A DNA stretch of 64,000 bases. Origin: an uncultured Flavobacteriales bacterium (GTDB lineage: Bacteria > Bacteroidota > Bacteroidia > Flavobacteriales_D > Crocinitomicaceae). Positions 32,067 to 41,450 of the stretch are shown one piece after another (the stretch's first letter is position 1; every line of letters starts with the position of its first letter). The DNA lies in contig CAIJTF010000116.1 in the NCBI GenBank assembly GCA_903823565.1, forward strand, positions 4,690 to 68,689, read 5' to 3'. The translations under genes and the position numbers were made by a program. The notes beneath the pieces are model-generated. The model did not search any database and was not told where the DNA came from. It saw only the letters and a list, made by a program, of their open reading frames with translations.

Positions 32067-34697
32067 TTATAACTTAATAAGCAAGGTGCTTGTAATTTGT
32101 TCATCAAAAATACATCGCAACCAATAGCTACCCTTAGATAAGGACGAAACATCCACATTAAACAGGGCGGGAGGATTCGCAAAGCGCTTTACTTGCCTTC
32201 CGGTAGCATCCAACAATTCAAACCGATACGTTTTGTCTGATGGAATATTATGGTGTAGGGTGAATTGGTCATTGACGGGATTCGGATATACTTCGATTTG
32301 CATTTCCCCCTCAGTAATTTGAATTTGCTTAGAATTATGGGCAGAACATCCAAGGCTATCGGTAACATTAAGCGATAGGGTATAAACGCCAGGAGTGGCA
32401 AAAACATGAGAAACCATGAGGCCAGAAAGGCTTGGTGTTTGGTCACCAAAATTCCAAATGTATTGGCTGTTTGAACCATTGGCACCGGCAAAAGCATAAT
32501 TAATGTCCCCGGGAATATGAAGAACTTCAATGATGCTTGAATCGGGAATGGAAATTTCCACATTCATGGAAAAGTCGTTGTAACATCCAAAGGGATCCTC
32601 CACCTCTAGTACATAGGCGCCAGTGCTATCGAACACGATAGAGGGAGTTTCAGGCCCTGGTTTCCAGTTATAGCTGAGGTCTGGGAGTAGGGGAGCCGTA
32701 TAGGGTGTATTGATGCAAACCGTAGTATCAGAAGGAATGGATAATTGAGGGACGACGGCCCCAAAAGGGGAAAGGGTATTGTCGATCCAAGTTAATCGAT
32801 TGTATACAAACGACTTCATATTCAAAACCCGTGTTAGGTAAGATGTGGCACCGAGGGTTTGCCAAACCGCAAAATTTCTATCCGCCGGTCCTTGAAGCAG
32901 TGGCGTAGAAACGCTGTCAATAAATGCCATGAATTCTCCGTTTTTGAAAACCTTTTCTCTAAGGCTAAACCAACGACATGCTAATTCATGCTGGTAGGTG
33001 CTATCGCTATACATTTTAGACCACCAAAATGGAAAGGGCCAATACGGGTGCGTGTTTTCCCAAACCCAGCCACTAGTTGGGTTACTATCCATGGCCCGGT
33101 CATAGTCCCACGGGGGACCGATGCACAATTTGCCACCGTCAGTATCTTTTTCTTTATACATGTAGGTGCTACGGCCATAGCTATCGTAGTTCATGGTGAA
33201 TTCATTAACGATTAGAAAATCAATGAAACTGCTTACATCCGCCCATTTTCTGTACCCTACGTTTGGATCCGTAAACGTATTTGCATTCAGTGCATATTCA
33301 AAGGAATCAACATAGGCTTTAATATACTGTCCTTGCACCGGAAGAATGGAATCAACCTTAGGATATACATATTTAAACTCCACCGGATGGGGCGAGGTAA
33401 CGGCGTTAATTGGAGGATAAATAGAATTCCAGGCTCCAGGATCCCCATTGATGTTCATTTCGATTATGTAGCCACCAGTCAATGCACTACCAACCGTATC
33501 CGCGCTGGTCATTTTGGCAATATTTAACCTTTCTTTATCGCGTTTCACTTTCTCCATGAGGGTGTATACCCCAATGTAATTTCCGTCTAAGAAAACTTCA
33601 CATTGTCTTGTTCTTGGTGCATAACGCCCCATTCTTCGTGCAAATTCATAGGCTACGGTATTGATCAACAAGGTGTTGTCAAGATACTCTGCTTTGAAAA
33701 TCCAATCGTTTTCCGCTGGCATACCCAGCAGGGAGGTGTCGATTTTGTTACCGAGGCTATCTATTAAATCGAAGTCGTAATTTTTCTTCGGGTAGGAAGG
33801 ACCAGTGAAACCCTGTAATTCTGCCATTATTGCTCCTTCATAGGCATAATTGCTTTGGTTGGCATAATTCAATTGTCCCGCGCCATTGTCAATAATTTCC
33901 ATGTTTACAGGAACCTTAACATTGTTGTTAATTGGATTTGCTACGGTGGTTAATTTCACGATCGGTAGAACGCTACTCAAGGCTCCATCGAATTGTATCG
34001 TAAATGGAATTCCACCAGGACATGGATTTAAGGGGTTTTTTAATCCAACTTTTATAATGTAGGTATTGCCTGCCATGAGCAGCGCGTCTACATCCGCCTG
34101 TAAGCCACAATTCAGGTTATCGTCGTTGTAATAGGTCGCTCCTGAGGAGGTTCCATTGGGGTCAACGTTTGCACAATTGTTGTAGATCCACAGTTTGGTA
34201 TCGCACGAAGTAAGGCCACACGTACTTACCGAGTACATTCCTGTGGAGTCAGGGGTAAAAGAATAAAAGTAATTTACTTGTGCGGCGAGGTTTGATCCTA
34301 GCGATGCGGGCAAGGGATTTTCACAAATGGTCCCTGGGCCACAATTAAAGGAATGGGAGGCGGTGTAGGTAAATTCTCCTCCGGTAGCCACTTGATTTCC
34401 GTTGAGAACTATGGTATAAGAACCTATTCCATATCCACAGCATATTCCATCGCCGTAACTATCGAAAATATCGTATCGCAAGCAGGTAGAAGTATCTACG
34501 CAAACGGTATCGCTGATATAATTCCCCGTAGCAACTTCTACGTTGTTCGAAAAAAGTTTCCAGGTGGTTTCTCCAGGATAGGAGTCAGGGACAATGTTGA
34601 TTTCCAGAGGCCATTCTCCAACAGGGCATTGAGCATGCGTAAAGTGCCTAAGAAACATAAAGCCAACACACAATACAATGGGTAGTAATTTTTTCAT
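32067..34697 (-). CDS. CotH-kinase-family secreted protein with PKD-like domain and T9SS (type A) C-terminal sorting domain
   Basis: 876 aa with a signal peptide. N-terminal Cys-rich modules. Central region (..AEYLDNTLLINTVAYEFARRMGRYAPRTR..EVFLDGNYIGVYTLMEKVKRD..., NEFTMNYDSYGRSTYMYK, GPPWDYDRAM) matches CotH. The C-terminus is VYPNPVNDQFTLHH...SYWLRC...LIKL. Confidence 0.7.
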   Translation of the reverse strand: MKKLLPIVLCVGFMFLRHFTHAQCPVGEWPLEINIVPDSYPGETTWKLFSNNVEVATGNYISDTVCVDTSTCLRYDIFDSYGDGICCGYGIGSYTIVLNGNQVATGGEFTYTASHSFNCGPGTICENPLPASLGSNLAAQVNYFYSFTPDSTGMYSVSTCGLTSCDTKLWIYNNCANVDPNGTSSGATYYNDDNLNCGLQADVDALLMAGNTYIIKVGLKNPLNPCPGGIPFTIQFDGALSSVLPIVKLTTVANPINNNVKVPVNMEIIDNGAGQLNYANQSNYAYEGAIMAELQGFTGPSYPKKNYDFDLIDSLGNKIDTSLLGMPAENDWIFKAEYLDNTLLINTVAYEFARRMGRYAPRTRQCEVFLDGNYIGVYTLMEKVKRDKERLNIAKMTSADTVGSALTGGYIIEMNINGDPGAWNSIYPPINAVTSPHPVEFKYVYPKVDSILPVQGQYIKAYVDSFEYALNANTFTDPNVGYRKWADVSSFIDFLIVNEFTMNYDSYGRSTYMYKEKDTDGGKLCIGPPWDYDRAMDSNPTSGWVWENTHPYWPFPFWWSKMYSDSTYQHELACRWFSLREKVFKNGEFMAFIDSVSTPLLQGPADRNFAVWQTLGATSYLTRVLNMKSFVYNRLTWIDNTLSPFGAVVPQLSIPSDTTVCINTPYTAPLLPDLSYNWKPGPETPSIVFDSTGAYVLEVEDPFGCYNDFSMNVEISIPDSSIIEVLHIPGDINYAFAGANGSNSQYIWNFGDQTPSLSGLMVSHVFATPGVYTLSLNVTDSLGCSAHNSKQIQITEGEMQIEVYPNPVNDQFTLHHNIPSDKTYRFELLDATGRQVKRFANPPALFNVDVSSLSKGSYWLRCIFDEQITSTLLIKL

Positions 34698-34772
34698 AGG
34701 CAGGTATGTTTCAAAGATAAAGAATATTAAAGAATTATTAATTTAGTTAGCCAAAACTTCAATGCGAGCAGA

Positions 34773-37700
34773 ATGCGTCTAAACCTATTGCTATTTTTCT
34801 TGCTTGTGCTAAATGAAAGCCAATTTTTAGCTCAAGGTTGGATCAGGACCTACGAACGACCCAAGTGTTTTATTGAAAACCTAGGGCAGTTCGATGCAGA
34901 TGAAAACGAATGGACAGGTCCCATTCTGTACGCTGCCGATTTTGGAAAAGCGCGCGTTTTTTTTGGTAAAAAAGGGATACAATATCGCTTTTTGGATGCA
35001 GAAAAGAAAAAACAGGAAGACATCGATGGCTTACCAATGGAAAGCAAAAAGGACCATAAGCAATGGGAACGCGAATATGGAAAGTACCTCTATCGCTCCG
35101 ATGAAATCAACGTAGCTTTTGAACAAGCTGCTTCGACCGAAATAGAAGGTAAAGGAGCGCATAGTGATTATTTTAGTTATTCCTATAAGGGTAGGGATGG
35201 TGTCCAAAAAAAGGTGGACAAGGCTCGTGGTTTTGATCAAATCGTTTATAAAAATATTGTACCAGGAATCGATCTCGTATACAACATCCATCCTTCTTCG
35301 GGATTAAAATATGCCTTGACAGTACATCCAAAGGCAGACGTAAGCCGGTTTAAAATGCACTTTGACCGCAACGTAAATCATGTCGACCAAGCGCTGCATA
35401 TCACTACGCTCTTTGGGGATTGGATAGATCATTCCCCCATTTCGTTCTATGATTATTCTGGTGGTGCTGTTATCCCATCCTCCTTTGTTGTCCAGGGCGA
35501 ACGCACGGTTTCATTCCAACTAGGAAAACATGATTCTTCGAAGACGGTGATCATCGACCCTTGGACGCAATTGCCTAGTTTCCCTTCCAATTGGGATTGT
35601 ATATGGGAATGTGAAAAAGACGCTTCAGGAAATATTTATGCAATCGGTGGAGTTATGCCCATGCAACTCCTTAAGTATAACCCCTCCGGCAACTTACAAT
35701 GGACATACAACACCCCTTATGATACCGCCAACGTTTGGTTAGGCACGCTAGCGGTAGATAATGCGGGTAATGCTTACCTAACGGCTGGCTCTGTGGCCGC
35801 CATACAAAAAATAAATACGAACGGTGCTTTGGTTTGGGATAATCCGAATCCTGGAGGGTTTTTAAGCAACGATGAATTTTGGAGTATAACCTTTAACTGT
35901 GATCAAAGCAAACTAGTGGTTGGCGGTACGGGGGGTGCAGCCCTAAATTTAACCGCTACGGTATATGACATCGATGTGAATACGGGGAATGTCACAGCCA
36001 ATCTAGACCTTGCACAAGGCAGTACCTTTGGAATTCCCCCATCCGTTCAAGAGGTTCGCGCTATCTGTGCTTCACCCAACGGTAAATATTATTTTCTAAC
36101 GCAAGATACGGTTGGGGCTATTAATCAGAACTTGAATGCTTGTGGGGGTAATGCGTTGTTTTACAAGATTGATAACGCCTATGACTGGGGTTATAAGTGC
36201 GAAAATTACAGGTATGATAATGCAGGTATTTGCGCCATAAAAGCCAATAATTCCTTTTTTTACACTCAAAATGGTGTTAATTTGGCGAAACGAGATTTAC
36301 AAACCGGAGCGATTCTCGCTTCCGTGGCTATTCCTGGCGGGGCAAATACAACAGCCCTTGGCGATTTTTCGGTTAGCAATAGTGGCATCGATATCGACGA
36401 TTGTGGGAATGTTTATGTCGGGTCTACCAACGGTGTTGTGAAGTTTGATGCTAATTTGTTACAACTGGCTACGTTTCCTACCTCGTTTCGCGTTTATGAT
36501 GTACACGTCACCTTGGCTGGCGAAATCGTTGCGGCGGGAAGTACGGGAAATGCGTCCAATCCGATTCGAACCGGATACCTTCAGACCTTTACTGCAGGGG
36601 CCTGCGCACCCTTGAATTCCGCTTGTTGCGATGCCTCTATTTGTGGAGTTCAGAGCGTATGCATCACGGACGCCCCATTTTCTTTGACGGCTGCCACGCC
36701 TGGAGGCATTTGGAGTGGTCCTGGCATTTCGGCTGCGGGCGTTTTTAACCCTTCGGTTGCAGGGGTAGGCAATCAAAACATCACCTATACCTTACCTTGT
36801 GGTAGTGAATCGGTAACCCTTGTTGTGAGTCCTTGCCAAGGACTAACGGCATGCATCGAACCGAATGGGTCAATTACGGTTTCAGGAGGTGTTGCTCCAT
36901 ATAATTGGGCGTACTACCAAGCCGCTCAAAGCACCCCGATTACCAATCAAACCGAATGTACAAGTTGCGGATTCACCTGGTTTTTTGGTCAATGTTTGAA
37001 CGGTGTTTTTCCTGTTACTTCCTGCAATACCCCGGCGCAATGGGTGAATTTTGCTACGGGTACCAATGCCGCAGTACCTAATGGTTTTTCCCAAGTTCAA
37101 GTGACGGATGCTTCCGGAACGATTCAAGTGTTTACTTTGTCATCGCTGTCGCCTTGTACGCCGAATCCATGTCCGCCAATCGCACTCACGGTAACAGGAA
37201 GTACTAATGTGACGTGCAATGGCTTGGCCGATGGACAAGCGACCGTATTGGCGCAGGGTGGAACCGCACCATACAGTTACGTATGGATGCCTGGTAATTT
37301 AAACGGCGCAAATCAAAGCGGTTTATCTGCAGGAACCTACACGGTTACGGCGCTCGATCAAAACAATTGTACTGGGGATACTACGGTAACTATAACGCAA
37401 CCGAATCCATTGCAAATTAACGCCCCCAACATCATGGGTACGCAGTGCGGAAGTTCAACAGGTGCTATTGAAGTGGCTGTTATTGGAGGATCAGGAAATT
37501 ATACCTACGCTTGGAATCCCAATGTCGGCAGTGGGAATTACATTCAAAACTTAGGTGGCGGAAGCTATTCCGTGGTGGTGACCGATCAAAATTCGGGGTG
37601 CTCGGCGACGGCACAATTTAATGTGCCTAGCTTGGGAGGTCCTGTGTTAAACAATCCAATCCTTACCGAGGTCTTGTGCTTTGGTGGATCCACAGGGTCC

Positions 37701-38384
37701 ATCCAAGTGACTGCGGGAGGAGCTACACCGCCCTATCAGTTTCAAGTCAATAATGGACCCTTTCAAAATACGGGAACCTTTACGGGATTATCCGCAGGTC
37801 AATACCAAATCACGGCACAAGATGCCACTGGATGTGAAAATAGCCTAGTGGTCACCTTAAACGAACCCTCTGCCTTACAGGCTTTTCTTCCTACCACTAT
37901 TCCGTTGTGTTCAGGGGATTCCGTTCTCCTCAATGCCAACGTTAATGGCGGAGTTTCTGGGTACACGTACCAATGGAGCAATGGAGCCACGGTTCATCCG
38001 TTAACCGTAAGCGTTTCTCAGACTACACCACTTACTCTGGAGGTAATTGATGGCAATGGATGCAGCACCACTGCTTCGGTGCTTTTAGAATTAATTCCTT
38101 GTGGAAATATAGTTTATACCATTCCCAATGTCTTTTCACCAAACGGTGATGGAACCAACGATCAATATGGGATATTCTCTGAAAATGTTATTCGTCAAGA
38201 AGCCGTAATTGTTAATCGCTGGGGAGAGGTGATGCTTGAATTGAACCAAGTGAATCAATTGTGGGATGGCTTACTCCCCAATGGTGAAGCAGCCAAGGAG
38301 GGTGTTTATTTTATGAAGTTTAGGTTGTTGGGACTGGGTGGTGAAGAAAAACAGGGACATGTGTTTTTTCATTTGGTGAGGTAA
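34773..38384 (+). CDS. Giant cell-surface protein with beta-propeller-like repeats, SprB-type repeats and a T9SS type-B (gliding-motility-associated) C-terminal domain
   Basis: 1203 aa with a signal peptide. Three ~70-aa repeats of the form C.G...G...V.A.GG..PY.Y.W......Q.GL.AG.Y.V...D...C. The C-terminus is IPNVFSPNGDGTNDQYGIF...VNRWGEV....WDG.....A.EGVYF. Confidence 0.75.
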   Translation: MRLNLLLFFLLVLNESQFLAQGWIRTYERPKCFIENLGQFDADENEWTGPILYAADFGKARVFFGKKGIQYRFLDAEKKKQEDIDGLPMESKKDHKQWEREYGKYLYRSDEINVAFEQAASTEIEGKGAHSDYFSYSYKGRDGVQKKVDKARGFDQIVYKNIVPGIDLVYNIHPSSGLKYALTVHPKADVSRFKMHFDRNVNHVDQALHITTLFGDWIDHSPISFYDYSGGAVIPSSFVVQGERTVSFQLGKHDSSKTVIIDPWTQLPSFPSNWDCIWECEKDASGNIYAIGGVMPMQLLKYNPSGNLQWTYNTPYDTANVWLGTLAVDNAGNAYLTAGSVAAIQKINTNGALVWDNPNPGGFLSNDEFWSITFNCDQSKLVVGGTGGAALNLTATVYDIDVNTGNVTANLDLAQGSTFGIPPSVQEVRAICASPNGKYYFLTQDTVGAINQNLNACGGNALFYKIDNAYDWGYKCENYRYDNAGICAIKANNSFFYTQNGVNLAKRDLQTGAILASVAIPGGANTTALGDFSVSNSGIDIDDCGNVYVGSTNGVVKFDANLLQLATFPTSFRVYDVHVTLAGEIVAAGSTGNASNPIRTGYLQTFTAGACAPLNSACCDASICGVQSVCITDAPFSLTAATPGGIWSGPGISAAGVFNPSVAGVGNQNITYTLPCGSESVTLVVSPCQGLTACIEPNGSITVSGGVAPYNWAYYQAAQSTPITNQTECTSCGFTWFFGQCLNGVFPVTSCNTPAQWVNFATGTNAAVPNGFSQVQVTDASGTIQVFTLSSLSPCTPNPCPPIALTVTGSTNVTCNGLADGQATVLAQGGTAPYSYVWMPGNLNGANQSGLSAGTYTVTALDQNNCTGDTTVTITQPNPLQINAPNIMGTQCGSSTGAIEVAVIGGSGNYTYAWNPNVGSGNYIQNLGGGSYSVVVTDQNSGCSATAQFNVPSLGGPVLNNPILTEVLCFGGSTGSIQVTAGGATPPYQFQVNNGPFQNTGTFTGLSAGQYQITAQDATGCENSLVVTLNEPSALQAFLPTTIPLCSGDSVLLNANVNGGVSGYTYQWSNGATVHPLTVSVSQTTPLTLEVIDGNGCSTTASVLLELIPCGNIVYTIPNVFSPNGDGTNDQYGIFSENVIRQEAVIVNRWGEVMLELNQVNQLWDGLLPNGEAAKEGVYFMKFRLLGLGGEEKQGHVFFHLVR

Positions 38385-38427
38385 CAAAAATCTTACTTTC
38401 TTCTGACGGAGTCTGATATTGGTGAGA

Positions 38428-38474
38428 GTCATCCCCCTTCCTCCCCCTTCGAAGGGGGACAGAGGGGGATGACA
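38428..38474. repeat. GC-rich nested-palindrome element, full copy
   Basis: Outer arms GTCATCCCCC (38428-38437) and GGGGGATGAC (38464-38473) enclose a perfect 18-bp palindrome, TCCCCCTTCGAAGGGGGA (38442-38459). Confidence 0.9.
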
Positions 38475-38583
38475 GGAATAGAAATACAGTCACCTCCCTT
38501 AATCCCTCCTCAGTGCCTTCGCTGTGTGCCTTCGCTGAAGCTTCGGCGAATGCGAAAGCGAAAGGAGGGAAACAGAAATCTTT

Positions 38584-38617
38584 CTCCCCCTTTGAAGGGG
38601 GACAGAGGGGGATGACA
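38584..38617. repeat. GC-rich element, second (partial) copy
   Basis: CTCCCCCTTTGAAGGGGGACAGAGGGGGATGACA matches 38441-38474 at 33 of 34 positions. It lacks the left outer arm. Confidence 0.9.
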
Positions 38618-38718
38618 CATTTAGCGAGGTTCATCAGCGGCATTTATTTTTTCTTATAATACAATGATTCCCCTTAAAAAGGGTTGGTTTCGATGGTTTT
38701 TCTGTTTAACTTCACCCA

Positions 38719-39258
38719 ATGAATGGTCTTCGATTATTATTTTTTCACATGATGTTCATAGCTTGTGCTATGGTTCATGCACAAACCGTACATGAATTGG
38801 CACGAGAAGGATCAGTGGAACAGATGAAATTACTGTTATCCAAGGATCCAAGTGCGGTAAACCGCTTGTCCGACCGAGGAATTACGCCGTTTATTTTAGC
38901 GTGTTACCGCGGGAATAACCCGGTTGCAAAGTACTTAATTACCATGGGAGCGGACGTGGATTATTGCGCGGCTGAGGGCTCCGCCATTTATGGAATGGTT
39001 TTCAAAAACAACCTTGAAATGTTGGATTACACCTTGTCCTTGGGATATTCCCCGAATGATACGTGTCAGTTTGCCCAATTTGGGACCCCGCTACACATGG
39101 CCATGAGCCTTAAGCGATATGATATGGTAGCGTGTTTGTTGAAACATAATGCTTCAACCCAGGTTCTAGACCCTCAAGGAAGAAGTCTTTCGGATCTATT
39201 GAAATTCTATCAAGACGAACAATTATCAACCCTTTTTTCCTCTTATGAAAACCATTAA
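38719..39258 (+). CDS. Secreted/periplasmic ankyrin-repeat protein
   Basis: 179 aa with a signal peptide. Ankyrin consensus (G.TPF.LAC..GN...AKYLI..GADVD; GTPLHMA......MV..LL.H.A). Confidence 0.8.
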   Translation: MNGLRLLFFHMMFIACAMVHAQTVHELAREGSVEQMKLLLSKDPSAVNRLSDRGITPFILACYRGNNPVAKYLITMGADVDYCAAEGSAIYGMVFKNNLEMLDYTLSLGYSPNDTCQFAQFGTPLHMAMSLKRYDMVACLLKHNASTQVLDPQGRSLSDLLKFYQDEQLSTLFSSYENH

Positions 39259-40912
39259 TCTTTTCTTGTTTGTATTGCTGACTTTTTCCACTTGGTGTCA
39301 AACCTACACCACAGGAACTGTCAATTTATCCAACACCGCAGGTCTTGCCATGACGGTAAAGTTGGACCTTAGTACCAATGTTACCATTACGCTTACAGGA
39401 CCTTCGTCTCGATGGTTTGCTGTAGGATTCAACGCTTCCTCCATGGCGGTAGGAACGGACGTTGTTGGAGTGCATTCCGCGGGGACCTTGACGAATTTCG
39501 ATGCAAACCTTACAGGATACAGTGCACCGGCAACGGATGCGCAACAGCATTGGACCATAACCTCGGATCAGGTAGTTTCCGGAGTTAGAACGATTGTTGC
39601 TACCCGTGCGCTCAATACAGGAGACGTTAATGATTATGTTTTCACCGCAGGACCCGGGACTCTTTCCTTGATCTGGGCTCGTGCCAACACCAATTCATTC
39701 AATTATGCTTATCACGGAAACACCAATCGCGGAATATCCACGGCTACCTTGACCTTGGTTCCTGTAACTCCTCCACCTACAGGGTCAGCTAGCCAAACGT
39801 TTTGTGCAGGAGCAACGGTTTCCCAACTGGTAGCAGTGGGGTCAAATATTCAATGGTATGCCAACGCTTCGGGCGGAAGTCCATTAGCAGGAACCACACC
39901 TTTAGTAAATGGAACCACGTACCATGCATCTCAGACATTAGGAGGACTCGAATCCCAAAATCGACTTCCGGTAACGGTGAGTATAATTGCTACGCCTGCT
40001 CAGGCCCCCGTCTTTATTGCACCACCCGCTTCCGTTTGTAGCAATGCAAATTCAATTATCTTCAACGTAAACAATGTGAATGGTGCTACCAGTTACCTAT
40101 GGTTTAATCAAGCGGGACAAGGGATTACTACCCAACCTACTATCACCTATCCACTTTCACCGGGAATGACTTCAGTGAATATTAGCGTGAATGCTGCGAA
40201 CCAGTGTGGTCAAGGACCAACCGCTACGCATACGGTGTTGATTAATACAGCATACAATTATTCGCTTCAACAAACCGCTTGTGATACCTTTGTTTGGAAC
40301 AATCAGGCCTACACCAACAGTGGAAGTTACACCTATCAGGGCACTACTGCTGCGGGTTGTGACTCCATCGTGACACTCGATTTAGTGGTGCTTAACGGAA
40401 GTTCGACCAACGTTCAGGTTGCTCAATGCACTGCCTTGACGATGAATGGGATTACCTACAATCAATCGGGCGTTTATCAGCAAATTTTACCTTCTGCATT
40501 GGGGTGTGATTCAGTGGTTTCTATTGATTTTACACTTTACCCAAGCTATGATCTTACCTTCGATACGACAGTGACAGGTAGTTTTGTTTGGAATAACCAA
40601 ACCTATGCTGAGACAGGTGCGTATACCCAGAATTTGACAACGTCCAACGGTTGTGATAGCTCCGTAACGGTAAATTTAACCGTATTTACGGGGGGTATTT
40701 CTACTCAAGCACTGGATTTCCCATTTCCAACGGTTTTGCGTGGAGGCGACATTCTTCATCTTCCTTTTGGCTCTTGGGAATTGTATACGCACGATGGTCG
40801 ATTGATTAGAATCCTTTCGGATGAACAATACGTTGCACGGATCAACGAACCACCGGGATTGTATTTCGTTCGAAACGGGAAACACACAGTGCGTATTTTT
40901 ATCCTTGAGTAA
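39245..40912 (+). CDS. T9SS-sorted surface protein with an N-terminal DOMON-like domain, Ig-like modules and 3 Cys-bounded repeats
   Basis: 555 aa with a signal peptide. The DOMON/DoH-like block reads ...RWFAVGFNASSMAVGTDVV...DANLTGY..P..DAQQHW...S.QVV.G.RT.VATRAL.TGD..DY.F. Three repeats (~40274-40680) end in GCDS.V..(D/N)(L/F). The tail is T9SS-CTD-like (GLYFVRNGKHTVRIFILE). Confidence 0.6.
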   Translation: MKTINLFLFVLLTFSTWCQTYTTGTVNLSNTAGLAMTVKLDLSTNVTITLTGPSSRWFAVGFNASSMAVGTDVVGVHSAGTLTNFDANLTGYSAPATDAQQHWTITSDQVVSGVRTIVATRALNTGDVNDYVFTAGPGTLSLIWARANTNSFNYAYHGNTNRGISTATLTLVPVTPPPTGSASQTFCAGATVSQLVAVGSNIQWYANASGGSPLAGTTPLVNGTTYHASQTLGGLESQNRLPVTVSIIATPAQAPVFIAPPASVCSNANSIIFNVNNVNGATSYLWFNQAGQGITTQPTITYPLSPGMTSVNISVNAANQCGQGPTATHTVLINTAYNYSLQQTACDTFVWNNQAYTNSGSYTYQGTTAAGCDSIVTLDLVVLNGSSTNVQVAQCTALTMNGITYNQSGVYQQILPSALGCDSVVSIDFTLYPSYDLTFDTTVTGSFVWNNQTYAETGAYTQNLTTSNGCDSSVTVNLTVFTGGISTQALDFPFPTVLRGGDILHLPFGSWELYTHDGRLIRILSDEQYVARINEPPGLYFVRNGKHTVRIFILE

Positions 40913-40913
40913 G

Positions 40914-41450
40914 ATGCATCGTTCGGTTATAGTGCTCTTTCTATTAAGTACACTCACTTCAGTGTATTCCCAAAGAACCGTAAAGGTTGTATTGGGCGAT
41001 TCCTTAACGAAGCAATGCATTCGTTTGAAAATGACATTAACGAAGGACAGTGTACGGGCTGAATTAGAGGGGCCAAAAAGCCAATGGTTGGCCATCGGGT
41101 TTAATTCCAAACGCATGCAGCGCGGGGTAGATGTGCTTGTAGTGCCTGCTTGGAAGGATGCCGCTGGTTCATTAGATGCCGTTGCTTACGATGGGGTATT
41201 AACGGGTTATGCGCCACCGATGCGGGATGCTAGTCAACATTGGAAGGTACTACAAGAACAGGTAGTGGGAGAAAAAAGAACCGTTTATTTAGTTAGGGCA
41301 TTGCAAACGGGAGACCTGGAAGATTATGATTTTACGCTATTATCAACATCCGGAGGGTCATTGGATATTATTTGGGCCATGGGGTCGGAAAAAGGCAATA
41401 AAACCGAATATCACGGGAATCAAAAAGGAAAGCGTGTTCTTAATTTTTAG
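40914..41450 (+). CDS. Secreted stand-alone DOMON-like domain protein (paralog of the N-terminus of the preceding gene)
   Basis: Start at MHRSVIVLFLLSTLTSVYSQ (ATG 40914, 1 nt after the upstream stop). WLAIGFNSKRMQRGVDVLVV...GVLTGYAPPMRDASQHWKVLQEQVVGEKRTVYLVRALQTGDLEDYDF aligns by eye with 39245-40912. Confidence 0.6.
   Translation: MHRSVIVLFLLSTLTSVYSQRTVKVVLGDSLTKQCIRLKMTLTKDSVRAELEGPKSQWLAIGFNSKRMQRGVDVLVVPAWKDAAGSLDAVAYDGVLTGYAPPMRDASQHWKVLQEQVVGEKRTVYLVRALQTGDLEDYDFTLLSTSGGSLDIIWAMGSEKGNKTEYHGNQKGKRVLNF

Noticed and set aside
38320-38643. 107-aa minus-strand ORF spanning the GC-rich repeat region.
   Set aside because: Its sequence (..PPSKGEKDF..PLRRGRKGDD..) is simply the translation of the palindromic G/C runs. 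It overlaps the 3' end of the 1203-aa gene and has no signal or domain features.
40676-41116. 146-aa minus-strand ORF bridging the two DOMON genes.
   Set aside because: It is antisense to two well-supported paralogous genes and has no motifs. Shadow ORF.
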